A DNA stretch of 59,038 bases, counting the filler, from Circinaria calcarea (lineage: Eukaryota), in assembly GCA_051942165.1 (NCBI GenBank). It is 3 parts of 3 records of this genome, joined end to end, with 100 filler letters (N's around TTAATTAATTAA, not from the genome) between each part and the next. Parts side by side here need not be neighbours in the genome. Positions count along the whole stretch, not along the records: positions 1 to 19,622 come from JAVECS010000198.1; positions 19,723 to 39,343 come from JAVECS010000199.1; 1 more part is not named here. One strand, given 5' to 3'. The notes under the pieces were generated by a model. That model was not told the origin of the DNA. It saw only the letters and a program-made list of their open reading frames with translations, and searched no databases. The position numbers were made by a program, and so were the translations under genes. Below, piece by piece: positions 12,787-24,497 of this stretch (positions are counted from its first letter, which is position 1; every line of letters starts with the position of its first letter).

Positions 12787-13506
12787 ATGCAGCTTTTCAA
12801 CATTCTCCCTATTGCCCTGGCGCTCCTTGGTAGCGTTCAAGCGGCTCCAACCTTTACGGCCAGCGAAACAAAATCTTCCCTAGCCAAACGAGAAGTTAAG
12901 AACCTCCCCACCGAGGAGGTGGTTTGCCGTGAGTTTCCGTCCCTATTCTCAGTGAGCCATTATAGAGAGGCTCCGGCGTATTATCTGACACTCCGTAGCA
13001 AATTCTAAGTACAACGACTTTCAAATTGAAGATGCTGCTCAGCAAGGCATTGTCACCACGCCAGTGAATGCTCCTCAACCAGGTAAGCTAAAAATTTGAC
13101 CACTTCATTCCTATGACTTGCCCTTTTGGCGCCACTATTGCAGTAGACGGAAACGGCTCCCGCAGTCGTTCATCTGATCATAACCGTCTTTTCGCAGGCG
13201 GGTACCCGCACGACTTTCGCAACGACGAGGCCTTTACATTCCCCAACTGCCCTACTGGCCCGTGGTGGGAGTTTCCGATTTTGAGGGACGGAAAGGTTTT
13301 CGGAGGAGGCCCCCCGGGAGCTGACCGGGTAATTTTCACAACCCAAGATGCCAAAGACGGCACTTATTGTGGTGTGCTCACCCATGACGTATGTCAATGC
13401 CATATTTTGTTTTGTTGTCCCCTTGTGGATAGGGCTAGAAACTGACGGGGTTTAACACGGGATGTAGAATGCTCCGACCCCAAATGGATTTACACAATGC
13501 AAATAA
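12787..13506 (+). CDS. Secreted guanyl-specific ribonuclease (RNase T1/N1/U2 family); exons 12787-12928, 12999-13082, 13198-13388, 13468-13506
   Basis: Signal peptide MQLFNILPIALALLGSVQA, KR propeptide site, catalytic motifs YPH, WEFPI, GADRV, LTH and C-terminal GFTQC; three GT-AG introns restore one frame. Confidence 0.92.
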
Positions 13507-14203
13507 GGGCATAGTGGAAAACAGACTGTGGTTTTACGGGTATTATCCCCAAAACATGCAGAACAAACGGAGAGGAAAAAGGTTAATGCCGTACGTTAGG
13601 GCTCCGATCTGACGGTTGAGTTTTGGTATAGTGGGAATAAGTTTAAGTCTTCCGCTGGATTTAAATGGAGTGGTATAATGTATTTTATATTTCAGTCTCA
13701 ATCCACCCCTCTTTGCCCGAACCCGATAAAGATTACTATTATATTGTCAAGTGGTCAAGGTTGCTTACTTCTTTCTATGCTAAAGTACTGTCCTTAATAT
13801 ACATGTCCCCCCAGCCCCGGACGTTCCGTGGAAATCGCAGGGGGGACCCCGTGACATATATAGATAGCATGTTCCTTTAATTTCAGTGCCTTTGTGCGAT
13901 TGCAGGCCTCAAACTCCATATCCTATGCTTTTGAAAATCCATACACACAAGCAATTAAAGCCTTTCGGGGGGGGTGTATATAAGCTATTTACCGCGTTTT
14001 GACCCCTCGGTGGCGGAGCTTTACATTTGGTTCAAAGTTATGCCCAGTTCTGATGCACTAAGTAAGCCTCGTAGTAAGGTACCCAAGATATCCCCCTTTC
14101 CCCACGTTTGACACAGCCTCCACGGGTGTTTATACTACCATCGTATGATATATACGTGAGGGAGAGTAGGTCTTGGTATTTCTCCCTCAATAGCACTTTG
14201 TTG

Positions 14204-14730
14204 AGGGTATCGTATGACTTCAACGCAGCTCGATTCTTTCACTTCTGTTTTATCGCGTTGGTTACTTTCCTCTACTGTCAAGAGGTTCGGCGTGGTACCA
14301 CTCTTCACATTTCTGCAGCGCCCCCGGTAGTCCCAACAGTCCAGTCCAGCCCTTGGACTCAGACTGGCTTGGCAGTCCAAAGGGTTGACCGGAACTGCTG
14401 GACTACTGGCGGCTCTGTCCATACCTGCATGGTATGAAAGTGCATTTTCCCGGCTTTCTCGATGGTTTTGCGTTCCTGGGAGAAAGGCGGTCTGAATATG
14501 GGGAAATGGGAAGTTCCAATAAAGAAATACGAAATCGGTAGATTACGATGCCTTCAGCCGGCTTTATGGGTATTTATAGAGCTAAGGTTTATCTGGCAAA
14601 AACCCAATCTATCGTTTCCAGAGCGGGACCGCCCGAAGTGATATACTGCGCGCAGCTGCTTCGTCCATGGTTAAGCCTGTCTTGGGGTCTCTGGATATTC
14701 TATAGTGATTGCACAGCAGGCAAGCTGTAA
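14204..14730 (+). pseudogene. Truncated paralog of the 16600-18670 gene; start codon appears mutated ATG>AGG
   Basis: 14151-14314 aligns at DNA level with ~16548-16707. Peptides YDFNAARFFHFCFIALVTFLYCQEVRRG and PEVIYCAQLLRPW match HDFNAAPFFPFYVALVSFLYCQEVRRG and PKVIYCSFLVTLW. Confidence 0.7.
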
Positions 14731-14814
14731 GCACCACTGTTTCTGTTTTCCATTCAGCAATTCGTAAGGTATCCATCACTGTTGGTCCAGTTATGCCCAG
14801 GGAGCCTGATGGTA

Positions 14815-15999
14815 CTAAGGTGCAAGATCCGTATCGGATGTTTTACGAAAGAACTTCACCAAGTCATGTTCCTCTGCCTGCATACCCACAAGTGCGAGCT
14901 GAGAGAGTAGAGGCCAGACATGGCATGGGCGTCCAAACACTTCTTGAAACAAACATTTGATGACGCCTCCATAAAAACGCAGATGAAGGTCCTGAAGATG
15001 CCGCATTGCAACAAGATAAGCGTTTAAGCCTGTCATACATTGCGTCATTTTACGCGCATCCTCTGTGAGGTCTGCTAAATCAAGAACTAAATGAAGGGAT
15101 GCAATGGTAGGGAAAGACTCGGGATGTATGCCGAGACCTTGACATCCCCGGACCCAATTCTCCCGTTACATCAAAGGATTGAAGTGAGACACGGTAGTCC
15201 GAAGAGCTGCAAAAGCAAAACTTCTTTATTTTTTTGCTGCTTATCGACAAGGCTCGAATGACCAAATTATATTCAGGGGCCCGCTCATACTCATAGAGTT
15301 CTTGTTCTTCTTCATAACTGGTGCCCCATTGATGCGCCTCGGGATGTAAATATGAAGGGTGCCAAGCGCGCGCAAACGGGCTACCATGTTGGCGCATTGG
15401 TCCAGGCATCGTGGGTCTGAAATCTTCATGGTCGTCGTCTCCGCCCCAGTCAATGCTGTCCACAATACAAACACTTCCCAAGCTCGTCAACTGCTTTAAT
15501 CATTGACTAAGAAAAAGGAGAATCTCGCCGCTGTGTCGCATATCAGCGTGCAGCCTGATCTGCTGACGGCACACTCGATATCCTTGTCTCACGACTTGGT
15601 ACTTTAAGAGCTCCGATATTTCGACCGGATACTCCCAGAGCAGCCGCATTTTCTCTAGATACTCCAGCAAGTGCACGGCTTCACAGCCTAAATTGACGAA
15701 CTTTGTCTTGCTTTGGTTCCCAAATCAAACAGGTGCTCAAACAACAGTTCGGCATCATACACCAGTTCTCCCACAGCCGTCCGACAGCGTTCGTTCAAAG
15801 TCCATTGGCTGAAGACGTCAAGATCTTTGGGCCAGGGTGAGAAGTATATCGTGTGGAATAGATTTGGCGTAGCGAGACTGCACCAATGCTGGCAAACGAG
15901 CCGAACGACCTTGAGATCAGCTTTATGCAGATTGGCGAAGAATCCAGTAAGGATTTCGTTGGGAATGAAGACAGTCAATTGTGTGCTGGAGGATGCCAT
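14815..15999 (-). pseudogene. F-box protein pseudogene
   Basis: N-terminal F-box (IPNEILTGFFANLHKADLKVVRLVCQHW), then a frameshift near 15700, in-frame TGA at 15502-15500, and further broken frames (GSPFARAWHPSYLHP; LVAMRHLQDLHLRF). 3' limit approximate. Confidence 0.75.
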
Positions 16000-16599
16000 G
16001 AGGACTGGGCAGTATCTCTGAATGGCCAGAAGTAAGTCGGTCCAAGGTGCCGGTTGCTGTAGCGAGGCTACTGCTTTTGGAGAAAGCTGTCGAAGCGCGT
16101 AATCCATTGGGCAGCCTGTATTCCAAAAGCTAAGTAGAGGGTTTTTGTGTTCACTAGCATTATTTAATGGTGTGGGGATCTTCATTGGACGCATCAAATA
16201 GAAGGTGAGTGTAAAGAACCGAGACTATGGATGGACAATACTGAACGCGAATGGGCTAAGAGAAGCTTGGTACGCCAAATATATCCCTAACCGTAGGCCT
16301 TTGCAGCCTCTAGCCCTTGAAGGTTATCACAAAGTTTAGTGATCGTGTACTCCGGCCATTATTTTGGTGTGGTGACTACTGTGTGCAGTTTGCAGGTCGA
16401 ACACAGGAGGTTTTATCTTACCATCTACGGTCGCAGGGGAAACAGTTGTCAGTACGATCTGCAAAAAGGGTATATTTTTATACGTACTGACCAATCCGCT
16501 CCTTGGTATTTGCACATCCTACTGAGAGCAGTTTCTCCTGCGACCACAATACGTGGGATAGAGAAATCGTGGGTCTTTCTCCCTCTACAGCACTCGTTG

Positions 16600-18670
16600 A
16601 TGATATCGCACGATTTCAACGCAGCTCCATTCTTTCCCTTCTATGTCGCGTTGGTTTCTTTCCTCTATTGTCAAGAGGTTCGGCGTGGTCCCACTTTTCA
16701 TATTCCTATCAGTCTGTATGGCAGTGTTGTTTCTTCCAGACGTTCCTGTTCGCGAATGTTATCTACAAAAGGCGGATACCCGGTGCAAAGATAGAAGGCA
16801 AGAGTATTCTTGGGCAGGCTGTATGCGCAACTTCCGATTGGACCGCTTTGTTCAAGCGGGGGGACTCATTGAGTCTGTCTTTCGCTGGTCCTCTTGGTGC
16901 ACCCCACTACAGCTTCAATTGCCACCGATGCACCACAAAAGCTTATCCACCCAAGGATTATGTCAATCGGGAGAACGGCAATGGCGAGCGCTCTCTCGAA
17001 GGATTACGGTAGGCTCAATCTATGCCTGCATATCATCATTACACATCAACGGAGAGGCTTGCTTTGTATGGCTCGTATCCAATTTCCCATGTCAAACGGC
17101 GATGATACCACGGCAATTTAGCGTTCTAGTTTCTGTCTCAAGCTAGTCTCTTGGCTACATGTCCATTATACAGCAGTTGTGGCAGCTTACATGCTTTCTC
17201 ATGACGCACACGGAGGTAAGATATGCTGCGGTTCATCCGCAATTTTGTAAAACTCGGCGGGAGCTCCAGGATGCGCGAAGGTTTCAACCTTGCCGTACAC
17301 TAATGTCCGGTGGCGACGGCTACCTTAATATGATTAAGACGGCTAGGCTCCCTTGCACTGGATATAGAGAGGAAATCGATTCCAACCCAAAAGTAATATA
17401 TTGCAGTTTTCTGGTTACGCTCTGGGGTTCCCCTTTACAAGGTATGGCATCGAACTTGGGTGGGCCTGGTCTTTTGCCCGGCGAACCCTTATCACGTCTT
17501 CCCATCCCTCCCGATTTCATTGTTTGCGATCCTATCTACTCGCAGGGCCTTCACCCTCTGGACTGCTTGTCTGCAGCCAACAGCAGATTCCCCTCAGGAG
17601 ACTCGGAAGTGCAGTTTCTCACAAGTCCAGGAAGAGATTCGCCTGGGATTTACCATCTCCCATTCAACAGTAGGCACGGTCAGTTAAGGTGGGGGGGTTG
17701 CTCTGCAACCGTATTCCATACCAAAAGTTGACGCTGTCCAGGTGACTGCGTGGTTACGCTCCAGATCGCGGGTGCATTTCGTGGTCGGGGGCAACTTTAT
17801 CGAGCTATACCCAACCAACTCCGGACTTTGGCAGCTACCGTCATCCAGCACTGCGTCACCCTGAGAGGGGTCGGAGGCTTTGGAACCTATGGGTTTGCCA
17901 ACTTGGCCCGTCGTGCGAGACTCGGCGAGACCTTCGTTAGAAACCGAGAAGTCGACTGGCCGGCCTTTCTCACCATCGATGTCAAAAAGGTTGGATCGTG
18001 GGATTTTAAACCAGGCAACACGGATCCTGAGGTTCCAAGAGCCCTGGCCGCGGCCGCTGCAAAGTGGAAGAAAGACCCGCGCATCTCACAAATAGACCCT
18101 CAATTAATTTGGATGAGCCGAGTCGAAAGTATGCAACGGGGTGGCCGTGCAACCTGGTACCAGAGATTATCCACCGTCCTGAGCGAGATGACCTACGACT
18201 GCGATGCGGACTTGGGCAGTCCTTTGATGGATGACTGCGCTCAGATCGAGTGGAAGCAGCTCGATTCTACCAACCCTCCATCGGACACCTTGGCCGTCGG
18301 CCCGGGAATCCCGACTATTCTGCACTCGAACACTTGCTACCTTGCCATCTCCGCTACCGTGTCTTCGGTGCTTACATGGAAGCAGATCCGAACCGCGGTC
18401 TCAACGCTCATGAATGTATGCCTTCGAGCCCCGAATGAAGCACCTCAAGGGGGAAGAGCCTCTTACACGACCCCACAGCAAATCAGCCGCAGGGAGACAA
18501 GTGAAAGGCAGGGTCCTGCTCTCACGGGTTTGAACGCCCTGCCACCCCACGTGAATATTACCATCTTCGAGCAGCGTCAGCCCTGGACGAATGCTGCTGC
18601 AGAGCTCAAGTCATGTACTTGGGACGCTGTGTCGAAAGGGAAACCGGTGTCAACATGCCCTAATGTCTAG
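16600..18670 (+). CDS. Cys-containing protein with two tandem KP4/Ecp2(Hce2)-like domains; 5' part possibly disrupted
   Basis: Intact 3' exons 17159-17678 and 17742-18670 (intron GTCAGT..TTGAC..CAG) with two C..DC...LP/L...C.h.h...W/P..h..A...h...C....GG units. Hydrophobic N-terminus from ATG 16600 hits TAG at 16792-16794 and I cannot resolve the splicing between. Confidence 0.6.
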
Positions 18671-19622
18671 ATTGCGTTTTCATGGTAAAAGACCATCCCC
18701 ACTCACAGACGTAGCAGAGCCGTAACGTGGAAACCCAGTCGCAGAAGGAAGTCAAGGGGGTGCTAGGAGGTAAAGCTGCAGATGCTGCAGTCAATAACGA
18801 GCACCGTGCTCGACAATCCAAAATGCTCCCAAAAGCGCCATGAGCTACTCTACCCATCAACAAAACCTTACCGAGGATTTCCCTGCAAACTGGTAATTTC
18901 CCGTTGGTAATGTTTTTAGCTTGCAGCAACCTCTTTTTGCCCCAAGTTGGAGTTTTTACATTTAATCTCAACGCCTTGTCCAGAGCTTTTCCCCAAAGAA
19001 AGTATATGGATTGAGTTGAATTGATATTCAGAATGCGGCAGGTCATAATTCGCCAGGGTCGCAGGCAGGCCGATTGGCGTTTACATCCTCTTCAGCCGTC
19101 TTTTGTCGCCGTGTTGTTAGACAAGGTCAGAGGTTGACGGAGTAGGACTCGGCTTTTTTGCATTTGAATGGGGAGGAAAGAGGGCGAAAAGGGGTCTACT
19201 TGGAAGAAGGGGGGATTCTAACCGCTACGCTGATTTCGATAATTTTGACATTCTTCCCTCGCCAATTAATTAATCTGTTTGTATTCCGGGTCGTTTTCCA
19301 AACCCCCCCCCCCCCCTGGAATTTGCAGTAAAATCAGTGATTCCTTTCATCCACGTCAGTACACTATCATCCCTCGTTCAGAATCCTCCCCGATTATTCC
19401 CAATCGTATATCGGCACAGAGAACAAAAAGTCTCTTTCCCCTTTAATTCTTACAATATACGTCGCACCTGTAAAAAGAACTTCGCTGGGGTAATGCAAAA
19501 TTGCAAAGCCCCTCCAACCAACGAGTTCTTTATTTCACCTCCGCCCTACAAACCTATGCCCCCTGCTCACTCCCCCCTGCCCCAGGCATACTGATCCAAC
19601 ACACCTCCCTCCCTATATATAC

Positions 19623-19722
19623 NNNNNNNNNNNNNNNNNNNNNNNNNNNNNNNNNNNNNNNNNNNNTTAATTAATTAANNNNNNNNNNNNNNNNNNNNNN
19701 NNNNNNNNNNNNNNNNNNNNNN
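19623..19722. other. Scaffold gap with artificial six-frame-stop linker (N44-TTAATTAATTAA-N44)
   Basis: Read directly; identical construct at 39344-39443. Confidence 0.98.
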
Positions 19723-20531
19723 ATCACCCTCCTCCCCCTCGGGGAATTCCACCAACCCAACCAACCCCCCCACCTGCCACCTCACTTGAACACAAACGTC
19801 TTGCTCCGAATGGGAATTTCGCCTCATCATCCTCAAGCCTAGCCTCCGGAAGAGAACCGAACAGAGCCCAAGGGTGGGATTTTTACTGCTGATGCTGGTC
19901 CTGGTCCTGGTTCTGGGCAAAGAAGAATGAGAACCGGAACGGGACTGGGAAAGAGAAGGGGCAAGGGAATAAATGCCGAGCGAGGATATGATACGATACG
20001 ACACGATAGGAATAAGGTAGGATATGTGAAGGTTAGAGTCGAGGAGGTGAAGAGGATAATGGCTGGTGGTGAGAGCAGGGAGATGGAATGGGCTCGAGGT
20101 GGAATGGGACTGAACCGCCCGTTTACTTTTTCCTACTACTGCATCGTGTCTTCTGCCTCTTCCAGTGGTCGCAGAAGGTGACGAGGACGTGGGAAAACTC
20201 TGACCGAGAAACCCATGTCCTCCGAGCTGATGAATGAGGTTGTTTTTTTTTTTTTGGAGAGAGAGAGAGAACTCATACACGAAAGAAAACATCACATTAT
20301 GCCAATTTCAGGAGCAAGCGAAATTCCCAAGTTCATGGTTTCGCTTGGTCTAACTCATATTACAGCTAATGGTACTGGGAACCTCTCCTCGACCCCACGG
20401 CCGATCCCAGTTCGCAGAGAATGTTGGATCCACCCAAAGTGGATAGGGTATACCCATTTCTTTCCGACTGGGGGAAGGAGATTATTCCGCAAACGCCCCA
20501 ACGATAAACCGTTCGGTCGGTGATCCCCGAC

Positions 20532-23333
20532 TTACGAGATATCCTCCATTACTTCCACATCGTTCGCGCCTCTATTTGCGCCTCCACTCCCATTAGCCGC
20601 CGTAGCCTGCTCCAGCTCGACTGGGCCCTCGACGAGCATCTCAGCCACCCAAGCCTCCTCGACCGCCAACTTCCTCCGGAAAACCCTCAGCCATCTCCGG
20701 CCCCAGCTCCGTAACAGCGCCTCTCCTTCAGTTTCCTGGTCGCCGCTCTCGGCCATTGCGTCCGCACTGCCTTCCGCCACACCTTTCAACGCGTCTTCTA
20801 CCACAGCAAAGAGCTGCCTCATCTCTGCTTGCTCTTTCACCAAGGTCTCCTCGAGGAGTGCAACCTGATCTGACGGAAGGCCGGGCTGGTTACGAGCGAT
20901 GACAATTTGGCGGACGCGGTTTGTCACCTTGTGGATCGTGCTGGCGACCATTTCGTAAATGTGGGCATGTGTTAGTATCTTGCCCTTTCCCAGATTTTCC
21001 ACCAGCGCCCATTCGATCACAGACATAGGCGTCAATATGGTGTAATTGAGCAACTTATCCACAATGTTCCCACCCACGCCAGGTTTTTCGTTCCAATAGT
21101 CCATCACACTGGTAACGATCTGTCGTCTTGCAGCTTCGCTTTGAGGACCAATTGCGAGAAGGCGACCTTTACAACGCTCGATGCAGGACAGGACATGGGA
21201 GAGGGATTTGGAGCCGAGAAAACAAATGCTGGTAACGTAGGCGTCAGTAGACGGGACAAGAGGATCGGGTATGTCGCGGGTAATGGCCTCATCCTGGATT
21301 GAGGTAAGAGGCTCCTGGATGTCGGAATCGGGGGCTTTGGCGCGAAGGAGGCGGAGAATCTCGCGGCCTTGGGTGGCGTATGCAGTTTCTACGGCATTAA
21401 ATTTCAGCAACGCGCTCTGTCTGGTAGTGGAGAGGAGTGACTTGAAAACGCACGGTCTGATTCATATTTGAAGTCAGGGGTGTCTTGCTCCTTTGCTTCA
21501 GAAACGAGCGGTCGGTACGGCTCAGGCAGGGTTCCCCGGATGCGCTGGGCGAAACTCAGACGTATCTCCTTCTCCAGAGCCCCTACCATGAATGCCTTCT
21601 TGGGGTGGACCAATGGAAGTTCCACATCGTCAACCCTAACGGTTCTTAGCGAGTCTTGTAGATCTTAAATACCAGTTACGTACCATTCAGTCCATTTCCA
21701 GGTGAAACCAAAATTACTCAAATGATGGGAGAACCAGTCCATAAATCGATATTCCAGCTCAAGATCCATCGAATCAATGTTCTTGTACAAATATCGGATA
21801 GCACGTCCCAAACTGGGCGCAATTGCTGCCGGCGCAATCTTACAAGCCTCTGTCAAAACAGAATGGTAGTATACTAGTTTGTGCTCGGGTATGGGAAGCT
21901 GGAAAAGCTGCGAGAAGACAGCATCCACTGCAACATCTTCGGGCTTCCAGGTTGATCGTTCCCCAGCGACATCTTTCAGCTTGTCGAAAGGTGTGGCCCT
22001 CTTCACGAAGGTCCCCGATGCAAAGTAGCAGTCAACATCAATGAGAAATTTGGCCGTAGCATTGCGATTATAGTCCAGTATATTGATCGTATCAACAAGG
22101 GAATCGCGGAGTAAAGAGGATGCAATATCTGAAACCGAAGGAACCGTTTCGATATCTTGGTCCGCATAAGCCGAAAAGTAGATTTCAGGCAATCGCGGGT
22201 GCAATCCAGGGGCTACCGGCGATGGAACGTTGATCTCGGGTAAGGTATGTTTGGTTACGCCTTCCAATGGATCAACGTCATCCTCCCCCAGAGCAGCCTT
22301 CCAGGGACGCGGAATACATGCAAGGCTCCACGCCTGCGCAGCCTCCGCCTGTAACTGACGCTGTAATAGACTAATGACGCTTTGCGGCTCGTGAGTATTT
22401 ATCTCCTCATTCCCTGGATACGGATCCACAAGGGCTTCTAGTGCATGCGGGGTCGATGCTATGATGTCTGTCTTTTCTAGCATGGCGAGCGCCTGATTAT
22501 CAAGCCTACTAGCGGAAGAGGCCATGAGGTATGCGATCGTGAGGAGGATTATTTTCACCAGCTCCAGTCCGAGTCCCTAAGACACGAGATCAGTTGTGAT
22601 TAAACGGACTATATGCTTCGGGCCCCTCACATCCTCCGACGATGCCGTCTGTAGATCAACTGCTCTCGAGAAGAGGTCTTCTAAGATAGGAAACACCCCT
22701 TCGCCCTCCAAGAGACCTTGTAAGCAAGCAAATAATCGTAGGATAAGCTTGACCTCCCTCCATGCACCAGCTTTCAGATGACCTTGTACAGCTTCTCCTG
22801 CCATGGTCAAGATTGTCTGTATCATTTCTGGCTTCTGTATGTTGATAACAAGAAGTATAGCGGCTAGGAATGGGATCTTGAAAGGCTGTTCAATGACACT
22901 GAAAGGTGGTTTCGGTGAGTGACTTCCCCTGTTCGATGCGAGCTCACCACTCACAGTTGTAAAGCCAACTCCGAAAATGTGTTCCGAATCGCCCCGTCTT
23001 CGTAGCCATCGACAACCAGTTTCGCAATGCCACTGATCTCATCCTCCGTCTTCTTAACGGGCTGAAGCGTCTATCAGTACGTGCAATTTTGCAGAAGGTC
23101 GAGGGGTAGTTTACCGATTCCGCAATGCTCAGGAGCTGCTTGCGTAACTTGACGTGCGGAGGCTCCTCATATCTCCTTCGGGGTGGTCGGCGATCATAGT
23201 CATCATCCTCTTTGAATGAACGTCAGCTTCAGCCATGGTGAAAGTAGCTCACATTCGTAGACTCACCCCTGTATCGGCGTTTGCGATTGTTATGACCGCC
23301 TCTGAAGCCGTTACGTCTCTCGTAGTCGGCCAT
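20532..23333 (-). CDS. CBC1: Nuclear cap-binding complex large subunit (CBP80/NCBP1/Sto1), about 7 exons
   Basis: N-terminal NLS NRKRRYR, EQPFKIPF, WREVKL, FMDWFSHHLSNFGFTWKWTEW, KEIRLSFAQRIRGTLP, GSKSLSH, IVDKLLNY. Confidence 0.95.
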
Positions 23334-24497
23334 TCTCTTGGTATGAGACGGCGGGTATATCAAAGCTCAATTCGACGGAGCTATTGTAGAAACAATCGCG
23401 ACCTCATGCTGATCCCGTATTCTATGCTACAGTATGTTGCTTCAAGCCCGGCGGGTTGTGACGCAAATCGGCCCGGGACGGATTCCGGATTACCTAAGAA
23501 TTCATATAGCCGAAGCTCAGTTGGCTACAGATGTTTACACTGGTCGAGACTACGTTTGCAGAAGACCGTTGTTTCCAAACTTCCCGAACGGGACAGAGGC
23601 TTTCTCTACAGCAACGTAGAATCGTTCATGTTCCAACCAGCTCCCCACAGACGAATCTCGAATGTTTCCCTATAGAGTGTGTAGGCGTGTGGTTCATTTT
23701 CATATTCCCTATGGGCCACACCCGAAAATACCGCTTATCGGGAGTGGAATTTGGCTGCATACTTGGACTGCTTACTTCACTGTAAAAAATGTACCAATAA
23801 CTCATGTGCGGGGACCTTTGGCAGTCTAATATGGCCAGTAACCTTGATAGTGCAGCTAGTATCCAGACTATTGCAAATACCGAACAAGACCTTGTCATGC
23901 CCAGTAATGTGACTCGCGGCCATAGTCCACATATAAAGATGCTAGCCTTTAGTCTCCTGAGCTCCACGATCTTACAGACACAGGGGAGATGGGGGGACGG
24001 AAAGCCGGAGAGAAGGCACAGGAAAAAGAAAATGAAAAGAGAAGTGTATGATTCCATGCCTGACAGTCACAAACGGGCCAGCAAGCGAAAGTGCATTGCC
24101 ATGGGCCCCTCGTCAAGTTACCCTCCATCCAGCAAGCGGCTTCTACCGTAAATTCCCTGGCTTTACTCCCCTCGCGCTTTCAGCTCGGATCATCCCCACG
24201 AGCCTTCACATTGCTTTGCCATTCGAAGGAAAATCTTCACATGCAAAGACCCACGCCATTGTCCGTGCTTTTGAACCGTAAACCGATGATGATCCAAAGC
24301 ACTGCGTCAAAAGAGGCTTTTGGACCTTTTTTGATCCTCCGTACGACCGTGAATGCTGTAAGCCCCGTATCTTCTATTGCCCCCATAGAGAGAGAGGTAA
24401 CTCCATTGGACCCATCAAAGATGGTACAGGCGGTATGGGACAACTGATGAACCGCGAATGACATGTACTTCGTAATGCATATCTCGTAGCTTAAAGC

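Noticed and set aside
19667..19678. TTAATTAATTAA as a piggyBac target or biological motif
   Set aside because: Centred in N runs at both gaps; an assembly linker. ORFs ending on it (19675-20295 and the MOD5 stop at 39395) are artefacts.
19723..20300. Possible gene next to the gap
   Set aside because: Low-complexity contig-end sequence with no recognisable protein.
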